DNA from: Raillietiella orientalis
Lineage: Eukaryota
Assembly: GCA_036172245.1 (NCBI GenBank)
Contig: JAYWIR010000007.1
Coordinates: forward strand, 4,774,001 to 4,838,000
DNA length: 64,000 nucleotides
Direction: 5' to 3'
Position 1 is the first letter of the stretch. Every line of letters starts with the position of its first letter. Under the pieces are notes generated by a model. That model was not told the origin of the DNA and did not search any database. It was given only the letters and a program-made list of their open reading frames with translations. The position numbers and the translations under genes are program-made. Below, in pieces: positions 39,801 through 51,930 of the stretch.

Positions 39801-42800
39801 GCGGTCATTGCAACTTCCTGAGTTTTCTTTCCAAACTGCAACTTGTGAGCAAACCTCAGAATATACAAGCACGGATCTAAACAAAAACACGACATCGAAT
39901 CTTTATTATTTTAAGGATTATTTTGAGTACTTCTGAAAAATAACAACAGAGTCCTTTACATGTATATTTACTGCGGGAAGTTACGAGTCACCCACCTAAT
40001 TTTAAGCAAATTTAGTTGCTCATTAATGGAATGAAATATTTTTCAGTGCTTTATACTTTAAATGCTGGTCAATGTCGGGCATGATTGGCCCATTCTCTGA
40101 ATAACTGCAACCAAAGTTAACAAGATGTAGTCAATATGCAGATGCTTATTAGCAAAACTATTCAGAAAGTCTTCACATGGCTTCAGAGACCAAAAGTTCA
40201 ACTTCCAGAACGTGAAATGAATGCGAGAAGCACAGGGGACAAATGGATAACGAAACAAAACGAAAAACTAATCACGTCTACAACACTTCTGCGTCTACAA
40301 CATTCTTGTGGTTGGGTAAAGAAATCGAAAGTGATTCTTCCCCATCGGAAATGGAAACGACGACACTGTTCAGGGGCAAAACTGTGCACCCTTTCTGCTT
40401 CTGGAGCGTCGAAAGATTCTGGATACCGTCAAGGCTGCCTTTCCATCACACATCTCGGACCCGGGCTGCTTCGCGACCGCGCGGATCAAAGATGAAATTC
40501 AACATTTGTTACACGTGCGAAATCCACAGTATCCGTGTTTAGGGAGAAATGAGCATCTTTGGAACCAACACTCCTCCAAAAATGGTTTCGCCTCGCAGAA
40601 CGACTACTGCTGTGTTGCCACTTACATGAAATCCACAAAACGAATAGAATACGAACCCCATGTACGTAGGGGAGATTCCAGAAATATGCAAATGCTCTAA
40701 ACATGGAGGTGGTCAACCAACACTGTAATCCCTTAGTATGCCAGCCCACACCAGCACATTCAGAGAAGGATACAAATCGAAAAAGGAAAACAGACTTTTC
40801 GATGAAATCCAGTCTGGGAAAAAAGGAAAACATGCTTCCTGATCCGCATTCTTCACATTCTTTCCCAAATAGTGTGCTAGATACTCAACGAAAGGTAAAA
40901 AAAATATCCTAAATTCGTGGGGCTTTATGAATTATTTGGGTAGACTTTCGCTTACGACCAACCTGTGATGTCTCCCACTCAACCTGACTATGCATATGAC
41001 CAGCCGCATTTCAAAGATGCAGCTGCATACTTCTACAGAAAAGACGGCTTAACGATAAAAATTCCAGGTAATTTACGTAACTCTCCTTTACCCCAAATCG
41101 GATTGCATTGTAAACAAAACCTTTACTTGATCCGAGACATTCTTCCATCACTGCAGAGCATTCACCATTTCTTCAATAGGCTGCAAAGTGTAGCGACTCA
41201 ATCTATGAACCCAAACACAGTGGTCTTCAGTTTCTGGTAAACAAAGCCTACCTGGTGTTTCATTTAATCATAGGAATCTTGACACAAGAAATTTGACCGA
41301 ATACGTTTTCCCCAAATTTAAAACAAAACCTATCCTCGTCCATTTTTCTGATGTGTACGTAAAGCTCAGTCTATCCGATTAACCTGATGCTTGAGACAAC
41401 TCATGTCAGAACGCAAGAGATGAGGAACCACACGTTTCTCCAGAAAGCCTTCTTCTTTCTGAAGAAATGGGAGAAGCGATGGTATGGTCGAAGCTACCAA
41501 CAGTCCGACCTTTTCCATAACACGAGACAATAGAAACGACTAATGCTAGAGGCAACCTTTTCTGTTGTGTACACAGTTTAAAAGCTCCGTAGAAGCAGTG
41601 AAACAATTTCCTGATTTACTGTACGCACTCGGACTTCTACACACGGGAGAACTTTCCTTTCAATTTCGTGGATCGTTTCAATACATTCACATAAGGTATT
41701 AATCAAGGTATTTCGAGAAATTACCCCAGAAAAGAATTTGTTATTGATACTATCGCCCACTTATGAAAAAAAGGAAAGGATTCTATTTTTCCAAATTTAT
41801 GGAAACCGATTTAGCTACTTCAAAAATTAGTGCATTTTGCAAAAAAAAAAATAAAATAAAATAAAATGAAAAATCCGGATATTTTCGTCATTTATGCACG
41901 AAGCAATACCGTGGTACGAGGTACTGCACCAAATTCTGAAGACATGACAAGATTTCCGCATCGAACGTGCTGCTGTTGTTTTGATCGCGAGATTTCGAGA
42001 GAGAACGTCCTTGAACGATTCCTCCTTTTTCGGTATAAGAAAAAAAAACAAAAACAAAACAGCTGAACGTGTGACAACTCTTCCCGGAACGCGGATGCTC
42101 GAATCGACATATCTTCCCAAAACGACTTTTCAAGCATTGCGTTTTGTTCCCCGGAAGACGGTTTGATGCTGCTCGGAGAAGATGGACTCGTAGTACTTGA
42201 TCTCGACCTTGGTTGATTTTCCTCCGGTGCTTTCTTTGAAATATGTTAAGGTGTTCACTGCCAAAGAAAGTGAAAATGATTTCTGTGAACCAACCACAAC
42301 GAAAAATGTTGTTGAGAGCTGATGATTACCTAGAAATGATAACGTCAAAAAAAAAAAAGGGGGGGGGGGGGAGGACCCCTGAAGTGTATTAACGATTCGA
42401 ACCAATTCCAAAATATAGCTTAATAACACCGTGATCACTTTTCACGTCTATATTTTCCCACAAACTGACTATTAAACTGGTCAACTAACTCTTGCATCTT
42501 TCCTTTGCATTCATCAACACTTCTAAAAAAAAAAAAAAAAAAAAAAAAATTTTTTTCTAACAAGATGGGCGCTTTCCTTTCGAAAGCTGGTGCAGGGCTT
42601 GATGAAGCTGTGCAAATGTGCTCTTCTGCTTATGCAAGCACCTTCTGCAACCGAGATGTTTATCGGATGAGAAAATAAAGAGCGGATAGCCTCGGGCAGA
42701 ACCAAAGCACGCTCGCAGGCTTTCTGCAAAACAGAAGCGTAGGGAAAGCACTGGTCAATCACTTTCGTCGCGTTTCTATCCCAATGAAGAAATATCGAAT

Positions 42801-45800
42801 CCTTCCGTTCTTAAGGAGGCATTTCTGGAGCCAAGGCGGGTGCTTCGTACGCGCACGGATTGCCAGTCTCGGAATGAACAAAAAAAAAAAACGGTTGTGG
42901 TTAAAACGGGCGAAGCGCGCCACAAGTGGAAAAAAAAATAAATAAATAAATAAATCTCCGGCGTTCGCTTGCTGAGAGGGGATCCCAAAGACTGAAGGCG
43001 GGGATTCTAAACGGGATGGGTCAGAATCGCGTTTTCACGGCTCCACAGGGAACGACGAGAGCGCAGAGCTTTGCCCACTTTTTCGATGGGGACCGCACAC
43101 ACCCACGATGCGCAAGCGGAACCAATCCGTAAGGGAGCGAAAAACGTCAATACAAGTCATGTGCAAGCAAAACGAACATACATGTCAAATCCTGCACATG
43201 TTTACGAGCGTTTCGTACCAGGCAAAATGTGAATTCATTTCACAGCTTTGGGTTTTTTGGGGGGGAGGGGGGTTTTTTGGTTTTTTCTCATTAAGCAATG
43301 TTATCACCTCGCTGTCGTATGTAAATGAATCAATAACGCAACTATCGATTACTGTAAAGAACACAATTTCTCAGGCAAATTTCTCAAAAGTGGGTCCTCG
43401 ACAAACGTCGAATTGCACGTTAATGTCACAAGTAAACATTACAGTGCTGTGTGAGAGTAACTACTATAAAACCGTCAACAAACGAGTAAGCATTTCGAAG
43501 TGTATGGAAACACGAAAAAATACAATGGCTTTTTTTCACAATCTCAAATATTCTTGAGCTAGAAAGTGTTGTGCCTTACAATGCATAGCGTACGTTCTTG
43601 TTAACTCCAGGGAAAGAATAGTAGGGAAGTAACTGAACCACGCTTTTGTGACTGGTATATAATAAATTCGATACAAAATATACTTTTGCATTTATAAAGA
43701 AATGCCTCCTTGCACTAAACAACTGCAGGTAGTTGTGATTGTAGGTTGATGAATCAAATGAATGATCAGATCAAATGAATCAAAAACACAGCATGCTAAG
43801 AACCTCAAAATATCAAAATCAAGATTTTCCTGATATAAATGGGTCTTCAAAACAGAGAATTTTCCCAAATATCTTAAATCCAGTTTTGAATAAGAATACA
43901 AACAGTGAAAATTCCACGAGCAATGGTAAGAATAATCTTATATGAGATGCCTGGATATGATCCTACTTAATATTTTAAATATACATTTTCAAGATGTTAT
44001 ACAGGAAGCTCCAGGGAATCAGAAAAATCTATATACTTGCCAAGTTTTCCAAGAACAAAATGAAATTATCCAAGATCAACTAGAGAAGAGTTTCAACTCA
44101 ATTCAATTAATGCAACCAGATGATTCCTCAACAGACAATATTTCATCTGAAGAAACAACTATGGCAATGCCAGCTTGTGAGTACAATTGGCAAGCACACA
44201 AATGTACTGTTAAGGAAAGGAATGCGACAATGCTCAACAATACACTAATGTCAGATGTTCAGTTTGTTGTTGGCTCTAATGGTATTAAGTACATGTACAT
44301 GTATTCTTGTGTCACACTTTTTTCCTCCAGGTAATGCACAGAAAATACCTGCACACAAATATGTTCTAGCTACCGGAAGCTCAGTATTTTTTGCAATGTT
44401 TTATGGTAGCTTAGCTGAAAATAAAGAGGTCATAGTGCCTGATGTTGAACCCAATGCATTTTTAGCATTATTAAGGTAAGTATTTTGTAAATATCCACAT
44501 GTGGTTAACTAGTATTCAGATACCTATACTGTGATGAAATAAACTTAGATGCAGATAATGTTCTATTTATACTATATGTAGCTAAAAAGTACATGGTTTC
44601 ATATTTAGCCAAAGCATGCATAAGTTTTCTAGAAGCCAACTTATCTGCAAAAAATGCTTGCTTATTACTTAGTCAGTCTCATCTATTTGAAGAAGCAGAT
44701 TTAATGGGAAAATGTTGGGAAGTAATTGATGCACAGGTCATTTAATATTTATTCAAGAATCTAATTTTTACTTTATTCATTAGACAGAAATAGCTCTGCA
44801 GTCAGAAGGATATGTCAATATTGATTTCAAAAGTTTTAAGTCAATTTTAGAAAGGGAAACACTAAATTGTCGAGAAATAGTCATTTTTGATGCTGCTCTT
44901 AAATGGGCTGCAGCAGAATGCACAAGACAAGAAATGGAGCAAAGTTCTCAGAATATGCGAAAAGTGCTTGGGGAAGCCTTTTTATTACTTCGTATTCCTA
45001 CAATGACTATGGAGGAATTTGCTAATGGCCCTGCACAGAGTGGTGTTTTAACTTTACAAGAAATCACAGACATCTTTCTCCATTTCACTGCTAGAAAAAA
45101 ACCGGAACTTTATTTTCCTACAAAAAATCGAGTTGGTTTAAAGCCACAACTGTGCCACAGATTTCTATCTTGTGCTTATCGTGGGAATCAGTGGAAGTGC
45201 AGAGGAAGAACCGACAGCATTCAATTTTGTGTTGATAAACGTATATTTGTTGTTGGCATGGGTTTATATGGCTCATCAAATGGTGCTGCTGAATACTGTG
45301 TAAAGATTGAGCTAAAGAGACTAGGCCAGACTCTATCAACTAACAATGCAAAGTTTTTTTCTGATGGATCAAGCAATACATTCAGTGTGTTTTTTAATCA
45401 CCCAATTCAAGTGGAACCAGATCTCTACTATACAGCTTCAGCTGTTCTAGATGGTGGTGAACTTAGCTACTTTGGACAAGAAGGAATGAGTGAAGTGCAA
45501 GTTGAAAATGTCACATTCCAATTTCAGGGTTCTAGTGATAGCACAAATGGTACAGGAGTACAAGGAGGTCAAATACCAGAACTTATTTTTTATAAACCAA
45601 TGAGCAACTGAGTTGCAATTTATCATTAAAGCTAGCAGTTGAAAGCATTTGGTAAATTACATACCTACAGCTGGAATGCTGATACATAATGCAGTTGCCA
45701 GGCGAAGAAAAGTATGTCCCAGTTCATAGACATCAATCTAAAATTTGCATTTGCATTAGCATTTAGTATCTAGCATTAAATTGTTACCTGTAGAGCATCA

Positions 45801-48800
45801 CTGAAATCTATTAACAAATCTAAAACTGAATCAAGGAATGCACTGTGGTATCAAATATATAAACAATTTTAAAACCAAGCCAATAACTAGTCTTTCTGTA
45901 TAACAACTCTACTGTCATTCCATATTTAAATGGGATTTTGTTTTTTTTAATTGAGAGTCCACTGTTCTTACTTAATAAATTTCAGCAGAAATATGCTAAT
46001 CACTTATTTCAGTCATATGGCGGTCAAAATGTTGAATGATAAAGTCAAACAAAATTAGATTAAAATGAAGAAATGAAATTTTTTAAATATCAGAATGCAT
46101 TATATTCTTTGAATTAATATTAAGTACCAGATTGGAAGATAAAGTAGACAAATATTTCTTAAGAACGAACTACTGATTTGCCTTCATGGTTGATTGATTG
46201 ATTTTCAAATTTTTATAAAGTACTCCAGATAAACAAAAAAAAGAAATCATCGAAATGCTTACAAACATGTGAATCTTGTTTGTAAAACAAAGCAGGTATA
46301 CGGAAAATGAAATTAACAATCGACTTGAATTCCTGATCATGCTATTTGTAGTCACTGTGAAAAAGGATACGTGGTGTGCCCTCAGTGCGACAAGTAATAT
46401 ATAGGCAAGATGCAATAACATGACTATTTTTTCTTCCACATGTTAGTCGACGAGATAGTGCCATTTTAAAAAAATTGAAAGCAGTATCAATGCAATGTTG
46501 ATTAAGCTGCAGTATCTGTCCTAGATGTTTCAGTTTTTTATGAGCATTTCTGAGTGTGATTTCTCTTGATTCTATCCCAAATCCTGATTGAAATCCTGGA
46601 AAGAAAGTCTCCTTTATCTTCTTACATAACAAAAAAACTATCGTGCTTTATGATTTTCACAAATCTGAAAAGCCTAGGTCCTGTGCTAAGCATTGTAAAC
46701 AATAGATTTTAGTTGAGTTCATTTTTAAATTTCCTTGTTTTTCATTAATCTGTTTTGATGATGGTCACCTAATACAATTTATTGTATTTTTTAGGAGAGT
46801 TATGTCAGGCAAATTTTTTAAAGTTACTGAAAATTTATACTTTGTATGTAGATGGTAATTAAGTTATTTAAGTGAATAACTTAAACTACGATCAGCATTT
46901 CCATATTTCAATTTCCGACATATTGAGAAACTTAATTCACTAATCATTTTTTATTTGAGAATAACCAAACCTAATTGTTTTAAAATCGAAAGTTTTTTCC
47001 ACCAACTTCAAAGTTTGATTGGCAAAGGTTCAAACAAATGTTAACTTTAATGTATGTACCAAATGTTAATGTATTTCCTAGTCATTGCCAACATTATGAA
47101 TTCACAATGATTGCTCTCATCAATAAAACTCAAAATAATTCCATTAAAAGTATAAAAAACTAAAAATTAAAAGAAATCATTATTCAAAATAGGCGTTTAA
47201 TTTTCAGATTTCAAAACGATATTCTTCCGGGTACTAATGTTCAATAGTGCACCATTGAAGTTTCCTAAATAATTCTAACAAAAACGATTCGGATCGAAAA
47301 ATCACCATTCCTGAGGGGGGGGGGGGGGGGGTATCCATTTAGCTTTGCATTGTTTCTAGGAAACTGAAACTTGTGCAAAAATGCCAAATCTATTTGGTTC
47401 TCCCAAACAGAATTAGAGCCCTCACTTGAAACCAACAACAATACACTGAGATAGGAAATGAAAAATTAATTCGGTGCCATGGTGAAACCAATGTGCAACA
47501 TTAATCTTCAAATTATCTAATCCGGTTATCCATAGTTTTTAAATTGAATTTCAATATTTAATTTATTCCATAGAAAATAATTCCACAAATATTAAACCCC
47601 AAAATTTTGTATTCTAAATGTATAATTTTAACAATAATAGCAAATGCTTCAATTTCCTTTAAAACCAAAAATGTCGACAAGTGGACTAATTTTCATCAAA
47701 ACAAACAAATCAATCTATCACTTGCTGTAAAATAAAAAATAATATTAAATTAAATACCATATACCTTTAATACAAATTTAACCAATAAAATAAAAATGAA
47801 TTATTCTTCCTATATAATCCCATTTTTAATTCCTGTGGAATAATGAATACAAAAAACAATTTTTGAACAAATAATAGTTCATCTATACAACATTTTACTC
47901 AAACTAGATATCTTTGCCAGTCATGTTATTATTTGTTTCAGTTCTATAATAACCAGGTTTGTTTTTGCTACATAAGTAAGAGCAAATGTATTATGTAAGT
48001 TTCTCAGTTTCTCAAAAATTATTATTTGCAAACGTACTCTAAAGTGTTATTAAGCATGTAATTTTAACATTACATTCCTATTGAAACACAGAAACCTGTT
48101 GAGATACACTGAGAGGGTGAAACTTGAAAATAGCATGTTAAGAAAATTGTATTATTATACATTTTGCTCTGACATATTATGTACGATTCGATTCTTTCTG
48201 CTATAAATATCATATATCGATGCTCTACTTTTACTGAAATTGATTAGTGATTGTCGACTAAATTATTCTGATATCAGTAAACTCTCATTCCAGTTCATCC
48301 CCTGTTTTCATCTTTCAACAGACTTTGTATATACTAAAAACTAAAACCTTTGCACAAACAAGTAAACTACACATGAAATGAAACATTCTCTTTTAATGAG
48401 AACTGCTATCACAATATCAATCTTGTTCAAACAACATTTGTTAGGGTGCTAGATGTAGCAAATTACTGATTCTTATAATACATGGAACTTATAACAGTAT
48501 GTGTAGATATGCAGAAAACGAGAAATCTGATCCAAGGCAAAACAAAAAGAAACACTTCGATTTCTCAGCAATGACTTTAGTGTATTGTCCTCTAAATACT
48601 TCCATTCTCTGTATTTTCCTTCCATACACTTTTTACTGAATTTTTACTTGGACTCTTGAACAGAATTTTCATTTGCAGCTTGTTTAATGAATAGTTACCA
48701 AAATCATGCATGCTTCCTGCAAATTGTAATACTGTTGTATAGATTTTATTTTCAAGAAGGCTGAGATTTACAAAAGCAAAAGTAGCAAATACAAATGAGT

Positions 48801-50826
48801 TTGTGTTACCAACAGTACAGATATATTTGAAAATATGTTGAAGATACTGTTTAAGAAAAAGGCAAAACCAATACATCCACAACAAGCAAAGTAGAGCAAT
48901 TGGTAGACTTTTAAGCACAGAAAAAATAATCACTAGTGTGTTTTCAGACTTTGCAGCATAATATATTTGCAGCAATGGTTTTTACATAGTACACCATTAA
49001 ATACATACCACAATACACTGATTTGTGCAAAAGGTATCTGTAACCAAATTCATCCAATTACAAAAAAACTCATGAAGGTAACTCCACAAAAGTGATAAAA
49101 CATAATCTGTGTGCAAACAATAAGTTACAAACTTACATTTCTTCAATAAGCGCAAACTTTGAAAAATAAACAATTTTAAAATAGCATGGTTATGAAAATA
49201 ACTATTTAATAATAGACCACAAGTTAACTGAGTCACTTGCATATCTTACTGAAACCCTACACCACTACTATAGATGAAATACACCAACTACATCAACTAT
49301 CACAGCATATCATAAATTGCATAATTATTATAAAAAATTATTCAACTACTATAATCACAAAGAACATCAATGACAGGATTACAATACAAGGAATTTGAGG
49401 CATTTGATGAATGCTAAGTTGAAGAAGTTTTATCAGAGATGAATTCAGATAAAACTGAAGTAGTTTTTTTTTTATTTCCCAACAACTGATGCCAAGATGC
49501 TGATATATATTATTATGTGCTAGCTTTACTTTGTGTAATTCATGTATTGGAAATAGAAAAACAATTGTAAATCAATTTGTGTGTTCCGAAAACAATTACG
49601 AATCAATCTGTTTGTCCACCTTCTTCCTGAACTTTGCTTCTTGCAAATTAAACAGTCTCGTGGTTTAACAATTTAACAAAACTATCCAGTGTATGTATAT
49701 TCTTTAATATATCCAATTTCACAACTTCAAATGAACCTTTCATACAAGTTTTGGTCAATTTATCTCTTCAATTTCATTAATTAGAATTCGTTGAGATTAA
49801 TAACTTAATTTAAATGAACCGTTAATTGATGCTACTTTAAACCAACATCAATATCAATTCATCTTTGAATGCTCAATGCCTGTATTTGGGTGATTCTTGA
49901 TATTAAATCTTTCATGATTCAAAAAAAATTTTTCGCATTTTAATTTCGTAGACTCAGTTCCTTATTGAAATTTAAAACAATTTAACACCTAACATCATCC
50001 TCAATTAGATTTGGATCAAATTTTTGTTTTGATACCTCATGTTAACGAATATCAGAGTTTACTTATATTCAGGACTCATTGAATGTATAATATATCATTA
50101 GAAAAATATGCTATTTTTCGCATATGACTGAGCTTCAGCTAGGGGATTGTGGGTTGGGAGGATTTTAAAATCCTCGTGCCTAGAACTTACAAAGATAAAT
50201 CATTCTTCTTATGATGTCTGAAAACTTTGGAAATAAGACAATAACATAACACTGTTATCACTTATTATGTTGCCAATAATGTATTCTATACTCCAGCTTT
50301 ATTTGCAACATAACCAGTAAAACAAAAATTCATATTCTAAGAAATTAAATCCAGTATTAACCACCATAAGTACTATTAATACACAAATAAACAAATATGA
50401 AAATTAAAAATAAATAATAAAATGCACAGTAGGGTACATCAAATAATGCCGGATCCATGTGTAAGTTCAAAATAAAAATACAGACATTTTATAAATAGAC
50501 ATTTATTAAATTTCTGCACACTTGATAAATTGGTTTTGAAAAGTTATAAGACAGTGGCATTTTTTCCAAAATAAGGTGGAAATAAATTCCTCTAAAGAAT
50601 ATGCACAAATCTTACCTGCAAGTAAAGTTTTTCCTTTTCCATCAATACCAACAAACTGTCCTACAACTCCACTACCACCCTGATTAGTTTCTTCAAACTG
50701 AACATCAGAAACAATAGCATTTTCTTCAAGAACAGAACCACAGTTCATGCAAACTGCATCTCCTCGACTTGGATCGATGTCAATATCACTTGAACCACAC
50801 TGATGACATGTATTCCTTGCTGACAT
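33869..50826 (-). CDS. BRF1: TFIIIB subunit BRF1; exons 50826-50616, 46595-46371, 45819-45788, 45737-45665, 39876-39727, 37754-37534, 34925-34814, 34757-34578, 34525-34334, 34281-33869 (602 aa)
   Basis: Zn ribbon CHQC...[15 protein letters not shown] cyclin repeats ([14 protein letters not shown], [29 protein letters not shown]) and BRF1 C-terminal motifs ([19 protein letters not shown]). Total 1809 nt in phase. Confidence 0.96.
38250..39250 (+). mobile_element. AT-rich non-LTR retrotransposon 3' relic inside a BRF1 intron
   Basis: [15 protein letters not shown]...[16 protein letters not shown] (zf-RVT CxxC-H-C) at ~38675-38845. Confidence 0.55.
43775..45611 (+). CDS. BTBD6: BTB-BACK-PHR protein (BTBD3/BTBD6-like); exons 43775-43925, 43994-44281, 44331-44475, 44520-44736, 44784-45611 (542 aa)
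   Basis: NWQA.K.TVKERNA.M...[35 protein letters not shown] region, and PHR domain ending [18 protein letters not shown]. Exons in phase. BTBD3 versus BTBD6 orthology is not resolved. Confidence 0.93.
48080..49400 (-). pseudogene. Possible multi-transmembrane (gustatory-receptor-like) pseudogene in BRF1 intron 1
   Basis: Successive hydrophobic ORF pieces (48997-49242, 48592-48975) and a terminal [18 protein letters not shown] resembling the GR TM7 motif. Many stops. Confidence 0.25.
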
Positions 50827-51479
50827 ATTTCTGCAGAAGGAGGGTTAACTTGCAATTCTTATACTCATACAGAATCCCTGAAACATTACACTTAAGAATA
50901 AATAATGCAGGCAATTCCTTGAAAACAACTGTCATAAATAATTAATGTGCAAACACATCCAAGCACCAGTAAACCCAGTACTGATTCTTACACTTCAGGG
51001 ATTCCAAAATGTTACAACACACTTATTACCCAAACAGAAAACTTAATGAGTACTTTATCCTGGAATGAGTAGTATCGCTAATAACTGATTTATAATGGTG
51101 CTAAATGTTTATGAACACCAAAGGCTACATTAAAAACTATTAGCCAGAAGGAGGATTTGCAGCCTTGGTTCGGAGTGTATGAATTCGATTTTCATATACA
51201 ATGCATTTTTCTCACACACTGATGTTACTTCATTCCTGCTTTAAAAAAAACTTTGTGCTCTTTCGTTTCGCACAAATCGCAGAACTGCCCCCAAAAAATC
51301 CTCAGAAAGAAAGAAACAAACAACAAAGAAATCAGAATTGTAAACACTCTGAACCAATTATAAAAAGAAGCATTCTAATTACAGGGATGAATCATGAAAC
51401 AGAGAGAGAAAAAAAAAAAAAAACAGCAGTTCGGAGGCTTGCTATTTTCAAAGTACGACAACGATCGGATGTGACAAAA

Positions 51480-51930
51480 GTTGTTCTTCGTGGAAACTTT
51501 TTCCCCGTGGATTCGCCAAGGAGACTTTCGAATGCACGCCTGGGCGTGCTCGGGCCGCTTACTTGCGTTTGTACGACAACAGGACTGCGACTCCCGCACT
51601 GCAGCCAGCCAGCCAGCCTCACGTGTCCATGGCTCCCATCCTCACCGCGCCCGCTGCGTCACGACTGAGGCGCCCTGCAGGATTGCGAACCTCGGCAACC
51701 CTGCCGCTGCAATGCCGTTCGTGCGTTAGTCATCCAGAACAGGATGCGGGGGAACCACACGCTGCACGAAAACCGCAGGGAGGAAAAATATTAAAATATT
51801 GATCCAGGTCGGCCTCCGGTTTGGAAATCACACTGTGTGATTTACTAAACTGCTTATTTGAGGTTCCTTCGGGCAGTTTGTTGGTAGCCGACAAAGGATT
51901 AGAAGTTTACACCTTGTCTTCCGGTTCACA
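51480..51930 (-). promoter_or_regulatory. CpG-rich island, probable BRF1 promoter / 5' noncoding exon
   Basis: Local CpG-rich patch in AT-rich DNA upstream of the BRF1 ATG. The acceptor tttcag at ~50878 implies an upstream exon, and CCGGAAG lies near 51920. Confidence 0.4.

Noticed and set aside
41400..41760. hAT transposase fragment on the minus strand
   Set aside because: The ISRNTL...VSLLL resemblance is too weak to support without a search.
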